Source: Microbacteriaceae bacterium (GTDB lineage: Bacteria > Actinomycetota > Actinomycetes > Actinomycetales > Microbacteriaceae). From it: DNA of 64,000 bases. The notes below the pieces were generated by a model. It made no database searches, was not told where the DNA came from, and saw nothing but the letters and a program-made list of their open reading frames with translations. Position numbers and translations under genes: made by a program. The stretch spans positions 7,690-71,689 of the forward strand of contig JANOYC010000052.1 of the NCBI GenBank assembly GCA_031428675.1, read 5' to 3'. Shown one piece after another: positions 1-11,224 of this stretch. Numbering within the stretch: the first letter of the stretch is position 1; every line of letters starts with the position of its first letter.

Positions 1-10
1 GAGCCCCGGC

Positions 11-1036
11 TTATGAGGACGTGGTGCCTGCTCCGCTTGTGGCGTGCGTGTCGGTATTTGCTACGGCGCCTTTGCCTGGAGCGTCACTGTCCGAGTAGGT
101 CCCGTCCGAGTCTAACGCAACCGGTTCGCGACCGGCCACGAAGACGCTCGGCTCGAGGCCGGGATGACGACGCCGTTGCACGAGGATGATGACGAGTCCC
201 AGGACCACCGCGGCCCATGCTCCCCACACGTTCGTACGGATGCCCAAGAACAGCTCACTCGGGTCGATGCGGATGGACTCGAAGAAGCTCCGACCGGCGC
301 CGTACCAGATGAGGTAGAGGCCGAGAAGCTTGCCCCACTGCAGGCGGAAAGCGCGATCGGCGGCGAGAAGCACGATGACGCCAGCGAGGTTCCACAGGAT
401 CTCGTAGAGGAAGGTCGGGTGGAACAGCGTGCCCTCGGGAAGTCCGGTCGGGAAAGCCGGGTTGCTGGAGTCAATCTCGAGCCCCCAGGGGAGGTCGGTG
501 GGAAGACCGAAAAGCTCCTGGTTGAAGTAGTTGCCGAGGCGGCCGAATGCCTGCGCCAGCAGCAGTCCGGGCGCGAGAGCGTCGGCGAACGCGGTGAAAC
601 GGATGCCGGCGCGGCGAGCACCGATGTAGGCGCCGACAGCACCCAGGATGAGCGCGCCGAAGATAGCCAGCCCGCCCTCCCACACGTAGAAGATCGCGAG
701 CAGATTCTTGCCCTCGCCGAAGTAGTCGTCGGGGTGGGTGAACACGTGGTAAAAACGGCCGCCGATGATTCCGAACGGCACCGCCCAGAGAGCGATGTCG
801 ATGACCACCCAGTCTTCGGCGCCGCGCTTGTTCAGCCGGTAGTTGGTGAGCAGCACGGCCGCGACGATACCCACGAGGATGAACAGAGCGTAGGCGTGGA
901 TGATCGGGTTGAACGCGAACCAGCTGAGACCTGCGTCACGCAACCACTGGCCGAGATTGAACTGGGACAGTGATTCGTCCGGGCTGGGGATGCTGCCGCG
1001 GAGAACATCCAATGATGCGAACAACGAAACCGACAC
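11..1036 (-). CDS. lgt: prolipoprotein diacylglyceryl transferase
   Basis: 341-aa ORF (GTG start) with polytopic membrane profile and Lgt signature GRLGNYFNQELFG. Directly downstream of trpA as in other Actinobacteria. Ser/Thr/Asp-rich C-terminal tail. Confidence 0.9.
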   Translation of the reverse strand: MSVSLFASLDVLRGSIPSPDESLSQFNLGQWLRDAGLSWFAFNPIIHAYALFILVGIVAAVLLTNYRLNKRGAEDWVVIDIALWAVPFGIIGGRFYHVFTHPDDYFGEGKNLLAIFYVWEGGLAIFGALILGAVGAYIGARRAGIRFTAFADALAPGLLLAQAFGRLGNYFNQELFGLPTDLPWGLEIDSSNPAFPTGLPEGTLFHPTFLYEILWNLAGVIVLLAADRAFRLQWGKLLGLYLIWYGAGRSFFESIRIDPSELFLGIRTNVWGAWAAVVLGLVIILVQRRRHPGLEPSVFVAGREPVALDSDGTYSDSDAPGKGAVANTDTHATSGAGTTSS

Positions 1037-1098
1037 CTTTCAGTGAGTGAACTCGACAAGCCTAGTGCGGGTCGAGGTTGTGCGAGATGCGCTCCCGC

Positions 1099-1878
1099 CT
1101 AGTTCTTGCCACTCGCGAGCTCAGCGGCGACGCGCGCCACCCCGGCTACCCCGCCGTCAGCGAGCGCGGAAACGAGCGCCGACCCCACGATGGCGCCGTC
1201 GGCGTAACTGAGCACTTCGCGCACTTGGCGTGCCGTCGAGATGCCGACGCCAACGCACGCGCTTGTTGACCCGGCATTGCGCAGTCGTGCCACGAGCGAA
1301 CGGGCTGCGGCGTCGACGTCGGTGCGAGCTCCGGTAATGCCCATTGTCGACACCGCGTAGACGAAGCCGCGGCTCAGTTCGACCGCCTGTCGCAGTCGAA
1401 CGTCGGTCGACGATGGAGCCGCGAGGAAGACGCGGTCTAGGGCTGCGCGCTCGGATTCGCGCAACCACTCCGCGGCTTCATCCGGGATGAGATCCGGGGT
1501 GATCAGACCGGCTCCCCCGGCGTCGACGAGAGCATCGGCGAAGGTGCCCACCCCGTACTGCACCACGGGGTTCCAATAGGTCATGACCAACGTCGGTGCA
1601 GACACTCGTGTGGTGATCGCGGCAATCGCCTCGAAGCCATGACGCAAGCGGAAGCCACCGGCCAGCGCCTGCTGGGTCGCTTTCTGGATGACCGTGCCAT
1701 CCATCACCGGGTCGGAGTACGGCAGTCCCAATTCGAGAATGTCGACACCGTTCTCGACGATGGCGACGGCAGCGTCGATGCTTGTTTGAAGGTCAGGAAA
1801 CCCGACCGGGAGATATCCGATCAGCGCGCCGCTGCCCGCGTTGACCCGCGCGGCGATGGTGTCTCTGACGAGGCTCAT
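1099..1878 (-). CDS. trpA: tryptophan synthase alpha chain
   Basis: 259 aa with loop [17 protein letters not shown] overlaps the trpB stop by 4 nt (ATGA). Confidence 0.95.
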   Translation of the reverse strand: MSLVRDTIAARVNAGSGALIGYLPVGFPDLQTSIDAAVAIVENGVDILELGLPYSDPVMDGTVIQKATQQALAGGFRLRHGFEAIAAITTRVSAPTLVMTYWNPVVQYGVGTFADALVDAGGAGLITPDLIPDEAAEWLRESERAALDRVFLAAPSSTDVRLRQAVELSRGFVYAVSTMGITGARTDVDAAARSLVARLRNAGSTSACVGVGISTARQVREVLSYADGAIVGSALVSALADGGVAGVARVAAELASGKN

Positions 1879-3107
1879 GCGAGCCCACTGTCGCTGTCAT
1901 CGACACCGGTGCCGGCGTCGAGGATGTCGAAGTAGCGGCCGGCCGTTTCCATGTCTTTGTCGCCGCGTCCGCTGAGGTTGACCAGGATGATCGCGTCTGG
2001 GCCGAGATCGCGCCCGAGCGCCACGGTGCCCGCGAGGGCGTGCGCCGACTCAATTGCCGGGATGATTCCCTCGGTGCGGCTGAGCAGACGCAAAGCCTGC
2101 ATCGCTTCGTCGTCGGTGATCGGCAGGTAGTTCGCACGGCCGATGTCGTGCAGCCACGCGTGCTCCGGTCCGACGCCGGGGTAGTCGAGGCCAGCAGAGA
2201 TGGAATGCGAGTCGATGGTCTGTCCGTCGTCGTCCTGCAGCATGTAGCTGCGTGCACCGTGGAGCACTCCGGGCCGCCCGCGAGTGATTGTGGCGGCGTG
2301 GCGCTCGGTGAGGTGGCCCTCGCCCGATGCTTCGTAGCCGTACAAGGCAACACCGGGGTCATCGAGGAACGCGTGGAAAATGCCGATGGCATTGCTGCCG
2401 CCGCCCACGCACGCGGTAACAGCGTCGGGCAATCGGCCGGTGAGCTCAAGCACCTGTGCCCGGGCTTCCTCGCCGATGATCTTGTGGAAGTCGCGAACCA
2501 TCACCGGAAATGGGTGCGGACCGGCGACTGTTCCCAAAAGGTAGTGCGTGTTGTCGACGTTCGCGACCCAATCGCGGAGCGCTTCGTTGATTGCGTCTTT
2601 GAGGGTGCGAGAACCGGTCTGGACCGGGATCACCGTGGCACCGAGCAACCGCATGCGGGCCACGTTCAGCGCTTGGCGTTCGGTGTCGACCTCGCCCATA
2701 TAAACGACGCACTCCATGCCGAAGAGCGCGGCGGCCGTGGCGGTGGCGACACCGTGCTGCCCAGCGCCGGTCTCTGCGATAAGTCGCGTCTTGCCGATTC
2801 GTCGAGCAAGCAGCGCCTGCCCCAGCACATTGTTGATCTTGTGCGAGCCGGTGTGGTTGAGGTCTTCGCGTTTGAGAATGACCCGGGCTCCACCGGCGTG
2901 TTCCGCGAAGCGGGGTACTTCTGTGATGATCGATGGTCGACCCGTGTAGTTCGCATGCAAAGCTGCGAGCTCCGCTTGAAATGCCGAGTCGGTGCGAGCT
3001 GCAACATAGGCGGCGTCGAGTTCGTCGAGCGCTGCGATGAGCGATTCCGGCACAAACCGGCCGCCGAATTCGCCGAAGTAGGGGCCGGCTGCTGAACGAA
3101 GATCCAC
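1875..3107 (-). CDS. trpB: tryptophan synthase beta chain
   Basis: 410 aa with PLP-lysine motif HTGSHKINN and GGGSNAIG. Confidence 0.96.
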   Translation of the reverse strand: MDLRSAAGPYFGEFGGRFVPESLIAALDELDAAYVAARTDSAFQAELAALHANYTGRPSIITEVPRFAEHAGGARVILKREDLNHTGSHKINNVLGQALLARRIGKTRLIAETGAGQHGVATATAAALFGMECVVYMGEVDTERQALNVARMRLLGATVIPVQTGSRTLKDAINEALRDWVANVDNTHYLLGTVAGPHPFPVMVRDFHKIIGEEARAQVLELTGRLPDAVTACVGGGSNAIGIFHAFLDDPGVALYGYEASGEGHLTERHAATITRGRPGVLHGARSYMLQDDDGQTIDSHSISAGLDYPGVGPEHAWLHDIGRANYLPITDDEAMQALRLLSRTEGIIPAIESAHALAGTVALGRDLGPDAIILVNLSGRGDKDMETAGRYFDILDAGTGVDDSDSGLA

Positions 3108-3109
3108 TG

Positions 3110-3883
3110 CTACACCGCCAGGAACTCTGCGAGCGTGGCAACGGGGTCGCCCCCGGTTACCAGCGCTTCGCCGACGAGAACGACGTCGGCGCCCGCAGAG
3201 CGGTAGTGAGCAACGTCGGCTGCGGACTTCACTGCTGATTCAGCGACGCGGATGACTCCGGTCGGGATACGGTCGGCCAGTCGTCCGAACAGGTCTTGGT
3301 CGAGCTCGAAGGTGCTGAGATCGCGGGCGTTGACGCCGATGAGCGATGCGCCAATGTCGAGGGCGCGGGACACCTCGTCTTCGGCGTGGGTCTCGACCAG
3401 GGCGGTCATCCCCAATTGAGCGATGAGCGAGTTCAGCGAAAGCAGCGTTGGCTGGTCGAGAGCGGCGACAATGAGCAATACGAGGTCAGCCCCGGCGGCC
3501 CGCGCTTCGAACACCTGGTAAGGGTCGGCGATGAAGTCTTTGCGGAGTACGGGAAGGTTCGTTGCCGAGCGCACCGCTTCGAGATCGGCGAGCGAGCCGG
3601 AGAATCGTCGCTGTTCGGTCAACACGCTGATCGCACTAGCACCGCCAGCTTCATAGAGCACGGCAAGTTCAGCGGGATCGGGGATATCGGCGAGCGTACC
3701 GCGCGATGGACTGGCGCGCTTAACTTCGGCGATGATCTTCACCCGATCGGCCGGTGCGAGCGCCGCGAGAGCATCGATTGCCGGGGCTCGATCGAGGGCG
3801 GCCGCTTGCACGCTCGCGAAACTGAGGGCAGAGCGGCGCTCCGAAGCGTCTGCGAGCGCTCCGGCTACGAGATCGGCTAGCAC
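3110..3883 (-). CDS. trpC: indole-3-glycerol phosphate synthase
   Basis: Motif [15 protein letters not shown]-track ORF 3110..4006 is over-extended; the GTG at 3883 ([10 protein letters not shown]...) lies just after the stop of the upstream small ORF. Confidence 0.9.
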   Translation of the reverse strand: MLADLVAGALADASERRSALSFASVQAAALDRAPAIDALAALAPADRVKIIAEVKRASPSRGTLADIPDPAELAVLYEAGGASAISVLTEQRRFSGSLADLEAVRSATNLPVLRKDFIADPYQVFEARAAGADLVLLIVAALDQPTLLSLNSLIAQLGMTALVETHAEDEVSRALDIGASLIGVNARDLSTFELDQDLFGRLADRIPTGVIRVAESAVKSAADVAHYRSAGADVVLVGEALVTGGDPVATLAEFLAV

Positions 3884-3884
3884 T

Positions 3885-4115
3885 CTAGGAGTGCACCTTC
3901 GGGTTGACCTTGTCGCCGTTGACGCCGTAGCCGGCGCGCGCCAATACCCAACCCGAGATAGCACCGATGATGACGATGCCCACCGAGGCCCACACGAGCC
4001 ACGCAAGGTCGAACCAGAATGCGAACGTGCCGATCGTGAATCCGACCAGCATGATGACGACAGCCGTCCACGCGGCGGGCGAGTTGCCGTGGCCGAGGTC
4101 TGACTCTTCGCTCAC
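3885..4115 (-). CDS. small membrane protein, HGxxPAAW family
   Basis: 76 aa with [10 protein letters not shown] followed by two hydrophobic helices. Conserved position between trpE and trpC in Actinobacteria. Confidence 0.75.
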   Translation of the reverse strand: MSEESDLGHGNSPAAWTAVVIMLVGFTIGTFAFWFDLAWLVWASVGIVIIGAISGWVLARAGYGVNGDKVNPKVHS

Positions 4116-4154
4116 GATGCTCCTTCAGTGTGACTGCAGTTTCCGTCGTCCAGT

Positions 4155-4796
4155 CTATCGGGACGCCGGGTCGTCGCTCTCGCCGGGCGTTCGCCAGTCG
4201 CCGATCCCGTTCTCGTCTGGCCGATCCGAGGTCGGGTCGTCGCCGATCGACAACGAATCCCAATCCCCCAGCGGCGCGGGAGCGGCGGATGCCTCGGCGA
4301 AGCGAACCACGGTGTGGCGGCGCGTGGATCCCGGCCAACGGCTGCCGCCGATGAGGATAGCGACGCCGCCAACCGTCGCAATCGCTGCGCCGCCGAAGGC
4401 CACCCACGGCCATGCGGACAGGGAGGCGGCGCTCACCGCGGCGGCCACCGAAGCGTCGCCGTCGATGCCTGTGGCGGCCGTGACAGCGCTGGCTGATGCC
4501 GCGACCGGATTGGCGATGGTGAGTACACAGTGCAGCGCGGCGGTCAGGCCAAGCGCCACCTGCGATACACCGAGAATCACGCGAAAGAGAGGGGACGCAA
4601 TGGCAATGGCGCCGGCAAGAGCGACGCCGGCAAGAGCGAGTGCCGCGAGCGCCGGTGCCGCGACGTCGCCGTCAGCGGTGACGGTAAGGTTCTGGGTGGT
4701 GAGCACCACCCACTGCTGGGTCCACGCCAATAACAGCAGGGCGGCACCCACCAACAGGCCGAGGATCGTGGTGAGCTTCAGGCGCTTCGGAGTCAT
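4155..4796 (-). CDS. Trp-operon-associated membrane protein (Trp region conserved hypothetical)
   Basis: 213 aa, Ala/Leu/Val-rich with several TM helices, directly downstream of trpE. Matches the actinobacterial trp-region membrane protein family by position and composition. Confidence 0.7.
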   Translation of the reverse strand: MTPKRLKLTTILGLLVGAALLLLAWTQQWVVLTTQNLTVTADGDVAAPALAALALAGVALAGAIAIASPLFRVILGVSQVALGLTAALHCVLTIANPVAASASAVTAATGIDGDASVAAAVSAASLSAWPWVAFGGAAIATVGGVAILIGGSRWPGSTRRHTVVRFAEASAAPAPLGDWDSLSIGDDPTSDRPDENGIGDWRTPGESDDPASR

Positions 4797-4822
4797 CGGG
4801 TGTCGCCCAGTGTGCGAAGAAA

Positions 4823-6346
4823 TCAGCGCACCCGCCGCATGGCGTTGGCGATAGCGACGGCCCGAAGCGGAGCGGCGGCCTTATTGCGAGACTCGAGGTG
4901 CTCTGCCTCAGGATCGGAATCGGCGACGAGTCCGGCACCAGCCTGAACACGGGCCATCCCGCCGGCAATCGTCGCCGTGCGGATGGCGATCGCCAAGTCT
5001 GCGTCGCCAGCGAAGTCGAAGTAGCCGATCACTCCCCCGTAGACGCCGCGTTGTGCGGGTTCGAGTTCGTCGATGATTTCGAGAGCTCTCGGTTTGGGTG
5101 CGCCGGAAAGGGTGCCAGCGGGGAACGTGGCGCGGAAGACATCGATGGCGCTGCGCTTGTCTCGCAGGGTGCCCTCGACGCTCGAGACGAGGTGCATGAT
5201 GTGGCTGAACCGCTCCACTTGCATGAACTCGGTGACCTCGACGGAGCCCGGCACGCAGACCTTGAGAAGGTCGTTTCGAGCGAGGTCGACGAGCATGAGG
5301 TGCTCTGCTCGCTCTTTCTCGTCGCTTTCCAAGTCGTCGGCGAGCTGCTGGTCTTGCTCAGGTGTGGCCCCTCGAGGCTTCGACCCCGCGATCGGATGCA
5401 TGGTGACGCGACCGTGGTCGACCTTGACGAGGGCTTCGGGAGACGACCCGACGATGGAATAGGGCTCGCCGGCGACGTCGACGAGCGTGAGAACGTACAT
5501 GTACGGGCTCGGATTGAGGCTGCGAAGAACGCGGTAGACGTCTATAGGTTCGGCAGTGATCTCGTGGTCGAATCGCTGGGAGATCACGACTTGGAAAACG
5601 TCACCGTCGCGGATGTAATTCTTCGACCGTGCGATCGCCGTGTGGAACTCCTCGGCACTGACGCGAGGGCGTGGAGTCGGCTCGATGGAGAAATCCACCT
5701 CAGACAGGAAAGTTTCGCTCGGCGATCCCAAACGAGTCTCGAGCGCGTCGAGTCGTGACTGCGCGTCGTCCCAGAGCGCGTGCGCGTCATTCGTGTCGTC
5801 CGCGAGCGCCGTCGCGATCAAGAGCACACTGCCGGTGCGATGATCGAGCACAACCAGTTCGGCAACGAAGCTGAGCGCCTGACCGGGCACGTCGAAGTCT
5901 GCCGGCGGCACGTTCGGGAGGCGCTCCAGTTGGCGAATAGCCTCCCAGCCGATGAAGCCGACCAACCCGCCGGTCAGTGGCGGGTGCTCGTCGACGCGAG
6001 GAGTGCTCCAGCGCTCATACAGTCGATTGAGGGCGTCGAGCGGCAGTGTGGGCGCATCCAGACCGAGGGCGCGTTCGGCGCTCATCCCGTAGTCGATCCA
6101 GGCGGCCTGGCTTCCGTCTTGCGTGAGTACGCCGAACGATGACACCCCGACAAAGGAGTATCTCGACCAAACGCCGCCCTGCTCGGCGGATTCGAGCAGG
6201 AAGGAGCCAGGAGTTCCCTCGGCGAGCTTGCGGTAGATGCCGATAGGGGTCTCTCCGTCGGCGAACAACTCACGGATGACGGGCACGACTCGGTGGCCGG
6301 ACGAGACTCGAGTCTCGAAATCAGCGCGAGCGGTCGTGCTGGTCAT
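4823..6346 (-). CDS. trpE: anthranilate synthase component I
   Basis: 507 aa with chorismate-binding C-terminal motifs (GAGLVADSDPEAE, FPAGTLSGAPK). ATGA overlap with the hisI stop. Confidence 0.95.
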   Translation of the reverse strand: MTSTTARADFETRVSSGHRVVPVIRELFADGETPIGIYRKLAEGTPGSFLLESAEQGGVWSRYSFVGVSSFGVLTQDGSQAAWIDYGMSAERALGLDAPTLPLDALNRLYERWSTPRVDEHPPLTGGLVGFIGWEAIRQLERLPNVPPADFDVPGQALSFVAELVVLDHRTGSVLLIATALADDTNDAHALWDDAQSRLDALETRLGSPSETFLSEVDFSIEPTPRPRVSAEEFHTAIARSKNYIRDGDVFQVVISQRFDHEITAEPIDVYRVLRSLNPSPYMYVLTLVDVAGEPYSIVGSSPEALVKVDHGRVTMHPIAGSKPRGATPEQDQQLADDLESDEKERAEHLMLVDLARNDLLKVCVPGSVEVTEFMQVERFSHIMHLVSSVEGTLRDKRSAIDVFRATFPAGTLSGAPKPRALEIIDELEPAQRGVYGGVIGYFDFAGDADLAIAIRTATIAGGMARVQAGAGLVADSDPEAEHLESRNKAAAPLRAVAIANAMRRVR

Positions 6347-6750
6347 GCTTCGGCGTCTTTCGTGGGCGCCCCGGCAACCGCATCGACGAAAGGCTCGAGC
6401 GGGTCGACGTCAAAGCACGCGTGCGCGCCTGTGTGGCAGGCCGGTCCGTGTTGGTCGACGGAGACGAGCAGGGTGTCCCCATCGCAATCGAGAGCTGCTG
6501 CTCGCACGTACTGCTTGTTGCCGCTCGTGTCGCCCTTGCGCCAGAACTCCCGGCGACTGCGGGACCAGAAAGTGACCCGGCCCTCGGTTAGGGTGCGCCG
6601 CATGGCTTCGGCGTTCATATAGCCAAGCATCAGCACATCACGCGAATCCCATTGCTGGATGATGGCCGGGAGGAGGCCGTCTGGGGCGAATCGTGCCCGC
6701 GCGATCACGGCATCCACCGTTTCGTTGTTCAGTTGCTCTGCCATGGTCAT
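6343..6750 (-). CDS. hisI: phosphoribosyl-AMP cyclohydrolase
   Basis: 135 aa with FWSRSRREFWRKGDTSGN and the CDGD/ACH metal-site region. Confidence 0.93.
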   Translation of the reverse strand: MTMAEQLNNETVDAVIARARFAPDGLLPAIIQQWDSRDVLMLGYMNAEAMRRTLTEGRVTFWSRSRREFWRKGDTSGNKQYVRAAALDCDGDTLLVSVDQHGPACHTGAHACFDVDPLEPFVDAVAGAPTKDAEA

Positions 6751-6755
6751 CCTGT

Positions 6756-7517
6756 TCAGCGGGTGATGACGCCGGCGCGCGCGAGCTCGCGCTTGACGTC
6801 GCCGACGGTCAGTTCTCCATTGTGGAACACGGATGCCGCGAGCACCGCATCCGCCCCGGCCGTTATTGCGGGCAGGAAGTGCGCCAATGCTCCGGCGCCG
6901 CCGGAGGCGATGACGGGAACGTGGCTTGCCGCTCTCATCGCCGCGACCAGGTCGAGGTCGAATCCCGACTTGGTGCCGTCGGCGTCGATCGAGTTGACGA
7001 GCAGTTCCCCCGCTCCGCGCTCGATGGCCTCTCGCGCCCAGTCAAGCGCGTCGAGGTCGGTTTCTGTGCGGCCGCCATGCGTCGTCACAACAAAACCGCT
7101 CGCCGTGCGAGCCGATCGTTTGACGTCGAGGGAGAGCACGAGCACTTGCGCGCCGAACCGGTCGGCGATCTCGCCGATCAGTGCCGGGCGGGCGATTGCA
7201 GCACTATTCACGCCGATCTTGTCGGCTCCGCTCGCGAGGAGTCGAGCGACGTCATCGGCAGAGCGCACTCCTCCGCCGACGGTCAACGGGATGAAGACCT
7301 GTTCGGCCGTCGCACGCACGACGTCGTACATGGTGTCCCGGTTGTCGACGGTGGCTTTCACATCGAGGAAGGTGATTTCATCGGCGCCTTGCTCGTAGTA
7401 CTTCCGTGCCAGTTCGATCGGGTCGCCCGCGTCGCGGAGGTTGAGAAAGTTGACGCCTTTGACCACGCGCCCTGCGGCGACGTCTAGACACGGGATGACC
7501 CTGACCGCTACTGCCAT
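6756..7517 (-). CDS. hisF: imidazole glycerol phosphate synthase cyclase subunit
   Basis: Begins [24 protein letters not shown]-track start 7637 runs into hisG; the ATG at 7517 lies 3 nt after the hisG stop. Confidence 0.94.
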   Translation of the reverse strand: MAVAVRVIPCLDVAAGRVVKGVNFLNLRDAGDPIELARKYYEQGADEITFLDVKATVDNRDTMYDVVRATAEQVFIPLTVGGGVRSADDVARLLASGADKIGVNSAAIARPALIGEIADRFGAQVLVLSLDVKRSARTASGFVVTTHGGRTETDLDALDWAREAIERGAGELLVNSIDADGTKSGFDLDLVAAMRAASHVPVIASGGAGALAHFLPAITAGADAVLAASVFHNGELTVGDVKRELARAGVITR

Positions 7518-7519
7518 CG

Positions 7520-8359
7520 TCAAATCCGGGCGGCGTGGATCGCGCTCACGAGAATCGCGCGGGCACCCAGGTCGTACAACTGATCCATGATCTGGTTCGT
7601 GTCGGCGCGGGGAACCATGGCGCGCACCGCAACCCAATCCGGATCTTGAAGTGGGCTGATTGTCGGGGACTCAATGCCGGGGGTGACCCGCGTCGCGTCG
7701 CCCACGAGCGTGAGCGGCACGTCGTAGTCCATAAGGACGTACTGCCAGGCGACGAGCACACCGTGCAAACGGCGCTCCAGCGTCGCGATTCCGGGTAGGT
7801 CGGCGCGCGCCGAGATGAGCACGGCACTGGATTCGAGGATGACGGGCCCAAAGATCTCCAGACCCTGCGCGCGCAACGTCGACCCCGTGGAGACGACATC
7901 GGCAACGGCATCCGCCACTCCGAGGCGAACCGCCGACTCGACGGCGCCGTCGAGCGACACGAGGATCGCGGATACGCCGTTCCGTGCAAGGAAGTTGCCG
8001 ACCAGGCCCGGGTAACTCGTAGCTACCCGAACGCCCTCGAGTTCGCCGAGAGCGGTGAATCGGCCGTGCGGGCCGGCGAAGCGGAAAGTTGACTCGCCGA
8101 AGTCCAGGCTCGCGATCTCCGTCGCCGTCGAGCCGGAATCGAGCAGGAGGTCACGGCCGGTGATGCCGACATCGAGCGCTCCGGAACCGACGTACGTCGC
8201 GATGTCCCGCGGTCGCAGGTAGAAGAACTCCACGCCATTGCGCGGGTCGGACACGTTGAGTGCGCGAGGGTCGCGGCGGCCGTTGTAACCGGCTTCCGCG
8301 AGCATCTCGGCGGCAGTCTCGGCAAGCGAGCCCTTGTTCGGCACGGCAATGCGCAACAT
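7520..8359 (-). CDS. hisG: ATP phosphoribosyltransferase (long form)
   Basis: 279 aa beginning [12 protein letters not shown], with a C-terminal regulatory domain. Confidence 0.94.
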   Translation of the reverse strand: MLRIAVPNKGSLAETAAEMLAEAGYNGRRDPRALNVSDPRNGVEFFYLRPRDIATYVGSGALDVGITGRDLLLDSGSTATEIASLDFGESTFRFAGPHGRFTALGELEGVRVATSYPGLVGNFLARNGVSAILVSLDGAVESAVRLGVADAVADVVSTGSTLRAQGLEIFGPVILESSAVLISARADLPGIATLERRLHGVLVAWQYVLMDYDVPLTLVGDATRVTPGIESPTISPLQDPDWVAVRAMVPRADTNQIMDQLYDLGARAILVSAIHAARI

Positions 8360-8406
8360 CGTCTGTCGTCGTTTCTCTTGAAGGAGTGAGGGTGAAGGTG
8401 GTTGCG

Positions 8407-8670
8407 TCAGAGATGGCGATAGACATCGGCCGTCGTCAGGCCCTTGGCGAGCATGAGCACCTGCAGGTGGTACAACAGCTGCGAGATCTCCTCGGCCGTC
8501 TCCTGATCGCTCTGGTATTCCGCGGCCATCCAGACTTCGGCGGCTTCTTCGACGATCTTCTTGCCGATGCCGTGCACTCCTGAGTCGAGTTCGGCCACCG
8601 TGCGCGACCCGGCGGGGCGCGTTGCGGCCTTGTCGCTCAGCTCAGCGAACAGTTCGTCGAAGGTCTTCAC
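8407..8670 (-). CDS. hisE: phosphoribosyl-ATP pyrophosphatase
   Basis: 87 aa, FDELFAELS...[11 protein letters not shown] MazG-like helices, directly upstream of hisG. Confidence 0.92.
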   Translation of the reverse strand: MKTFDELFAELSDKAATRPAGSRTVAELDSGVHGIGKKIVEEAAEVWMAAEYQSDQETAEEISQLLYHLQVLMLAKGLTTADVYRHL

Positions 8671-8700
8671 GGCTCCAAGATTACCGGTCGGCGAGAGCGG

Positions 8701-9075
8701 TCAGCGGACGCCGAGCAGGTCGATGACGAACGTGAGCGTGCGGCCCGAGAGTCGGTGACCCCCGCCAGCAGGACCGTAAGCAAGGTGTGGTGGGCAGATG
8801 AGCTGTCGACGGCCGCCGACCTTCATTCCGGGGATGCCGTCCTGCCAGCCTTTGATGAGTCCCGACAGCGGGAAAGAGATTGACTGGCCGCGGCTCCAGC
8901 TCGAGTCGAACTCTTCGCCGGACTCGAAATCGACACCGAGGTAGTGCACGTCGACGGTCGCGCGAGCGGTTGCTTCCGCTCCGGTGCCCTCTTCGATGTC
9001 GATGACGACGAGTTCGGTGGGCTCGGGCCCCTCGTAGAATTCGACGTCTGGCTTGGTCTTCGGTGAATCAGTCAT
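8701..9075 (-). CDS. FKBP-type peptidyl-prolyl cis-trans isomerase
   Basis: FDSSWSRGQSISFPLSGLIKGWQDGIPGMKVGGRRQLICPPHLAYG. The ATG at 9075 is preferred over the TTG at 9087 used by the ORF track. Confidence 0.88.
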   Translation of the reverse strand: MTDSPKTKPDVEFYEGPEPTELVVIDIEEGTGAEATARATVDVHYLGVDFESGEEFDSSWSRGQSISFPLSGLIKGWQDGIPGMKVGGRRQLICPPHLAYGPAGGGHRLSGRTLTFVIDLLGVR

Positions 9076-9126
9076 GCACCCATCCAAGCAGATCAGACGG
9101 CGTCGTCTCGTCGGAGAGCGCGGTGC

Positions 9127-9789
9127 TCAGTGCACGTGCGCCTTTGCTGCGGCACGAAGGTCGGCGATGGCGCGGGTGGGATCTCCCGAGCCGAAGACCG
9201 TCGAGCCGGCCACGAACGTGTCGGCGCCGGCCTTGGCCGCCATCTGAATTGTTGTTTCGTTGATTCCCCCATCGACTTGGAGCCAGACATCCAGCCCGGT
9301 CTTCGCGACGACCTCACGAAGTTGCGCGAGTTTCGGCATTGTCGATTCGATGAAGGACTGACCGCCGAATCCGGGCTCGACGGTCATCACGAGCACTTGG
9401 TCGAATTCAGGCAGAAGGTCGAGGTACGGCGCTACATCGGTGCCGGGCTTCAGCGCGATTCCGGCGCGGGCGCCGATATGGCGCAAGGTGCGGGCAAGCG
9501 CAATCGCGTCGTTGGCTGCCTCGGCGTGGAAGGTCACCGAGAACGCGCCGACTTCGGCATAACCCGGTGCCCAGCGGTCCGGGTTGTCGATCATCAAGTG
9601 GATGTCGAGCGGGATCGGCGACATCTGTTGGAGGCGCTCGACCATCGGCAGGCCGAAGGTGAGGTTGGGAACGAAATGGTTGTCCATGATGTCGACGTGC
9701 AGAAGATCCGCGGTGGCGACACGTTGCACGTCGTGAGCGAGATTGACGAAGTCGGCCGCGAGGATGCTGGGGTTGATGCGAACTGCCAT
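9127..9789 (-). CDS. rpe: ribulose-phosphate 3-epimerase
   Basis: 220 aa with HVDIMDNHFVPNLTFG and VMTVEPGFGGQSF. Confidence 0.95.
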   Translation of the reverse strand: MAVRINPSILAADFVNLAHDVQRVATADLLHVDIMDNHFVPNLTFGLPMVERLQQMSPIPLDIHLMIDNPDRWAPGYAEVGAFSVTFHAEAANDAIALARTLRHIGARAGIALKPGTDVAPYLDLLPEFDQVLVMTVEPGFGGQSFIESTMPKLAQLREVVAKTGLDVWLQVDGGINETTIQMAAKAGADTFVAGSTVFGSGDPTRAIADLRAAAKAHVH

Positions 9790-9853
9790 GAACCGACCTT
9801 ATCGATCGCGAGCAGGCATCACAGCCACGTTGCCGTCGCAGCTTGGTCCCCCG

Positions 9854-11224
9854 CTAGGAGCGAGTGAGCAATTGAATGAACATCGCGTCGGTGCCGTGTC
9901 GATGCGGCCACAATTGTGCGTGCGGGCGATCGGGCAAACCGAGTGATCGACCGACAACGGTCTCGAGCACCGCTGGCGTGTCGACGGGAGTGAGTGACGG
10001 GTGGCGAGCGAGGGCGTCACTGACGATCGCTCGAGTCTCACCAACGTGAGGCGAGCACGTGACATAGGCGAGCAGACCACCCGGCGCGAGCGCCATGATC
10101 GCGGAGCTCAGCAGGTCTCGCTGCAGGGGCCCGAGCTGACCGACATCCGATGGTTGCTTGCGCCACCGTGCCTCGGGCCGACGGCGGAGAGCGCCGAGGC
10201 CGGTGCATGGAGCGTCAAGCAGGATGCGATCGAACGCACCCACATTGTCGGCGCCGATCTCGCGTCCGTCGCGTTCCCACACCTCCGGTGGGGTCGCGAA
10301 GGGCGAGAGCGCTGAGCGCACGAGTTGAGCGCGCGAGGGAACGACCTCGTTAGCGATGAGGGTGGCCCCCATCCCGTTGGCTTCGGCGGCGAGCAGAGCC
10401 GCCTTCCCACCAGGACCGGCGCAGATGTCCAGCCAGCGTTCAGCGGGTTTAGCCGGGCGAGCCCGACTGAGCGCGAGTGCAGCCAGTTGCGAACCTTCGT
10501 CTTGCACACGCGCTCGGCCCGCACGCACGGCGGATAACCGGGTGGGATCTCCCCCGCGAAGCGTCGCGGCGATCGGTGACAACAAGCCAGGCCCCTGATC
10601 GAGCTCGTCGGGTGTTGTCAGGCCGGGAAGCGCGGCGAGGCTCACGGCGGGAGCGGCGTTGTCGGCAGCGAGCAGGGCCTCGAGTTCGGTTTCGGCGGAC
10701 TCGGCTTCGAGCGCTTGGCGCAACGCGCGAACAATCCAGAGCGGATGCGAAAAGTGCAACGACAGACGTTCATCCGTGTTCTTCGCCGTGGAGAGCACGC
10801 GTTCGCGCCATTCCTCGCTCGACGACCGCGTGATGGTGCGCAGAACGCCGTTGACGAACCCCGACGCCGACCGAGAGCCCACCTCGCGCGCGAGCGTGAC
10901 GGCCTCATCGACGGCCGCGTGCGGAGCAACGCGCATGGAGAGCAACTGGTGAGTAGCGAGTCGGAGCACGTCACGCACCGGCGAGTCGATGCGATCGACG
11001 GGGCGGCCGGCAACGAGTGCGATGACGGCGTCATAATAGCCCTGCATGCGCAGGGTGCCGTAGGTCAGTTCAGTGGTGAGCCCCGCGTCGGCGGTCGACA
11101 GCTTCGCGCGACCCAAGCGCACGGGGAGCAGCAGGTTGGCGTAGGCGTCGGACTCGTGCACCGCACGGATCACTTCGAAGGCGATCCGGCGAGCCGGCTG
11201 CACGCGTGAGGAGGTCGAACTCAT
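9854..11224 (-). CDS. rsmB: 16S rRNA (cytosine-C5) methyltransferase RsmB/Sun family
   Basis: N-terminal NusB-like domain, SAM site LDICAGPGGKA and DRILLDAPCTGLGALRRRPE. The ATG at 11224 overlaps the fmt stop (ATGA), so the ORF-track start 11263 is over-extended. Confidence 0.88.
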   Translation of the reverse strand: MSSTSSRVQPARRIAFEVIRAVHESDAYANLLLPVRLGRAKLSTADAGLTTELTYGTLRMQGYYDAVIALVAGRPVDRIDSPVRDVLRLATHQLLSMRVAPHAAVDEAVTLAREVGSRSASGFVNGVLRTITRSSSEEWRERVLSTAKNTDERLSLHFSHPLWIVRALRQALEAESAETELEALLAADNAAPAVSLAALPGLTTPDELDQGPGLLSPIAATLRGGDPTRLSAVRAGRARVQDEGSQLAALALSRARPAKPAERWLDICAGPGGKAALLAAEANGMGATLIANEVVPSRAQLVRSALSPFATPPEVWERDGREIGADNVGAFDRILLDAPCTGLGALRRRPEARWRKQPSDVGQLGPLQRDLLSSAIMALAPGGLLAYVTCSPHVGETRAIVSDALARHPSLTPVDTPAVLETVVGRSLGLPDRPHAQLWPHRHGTDAMFIQLLTRS

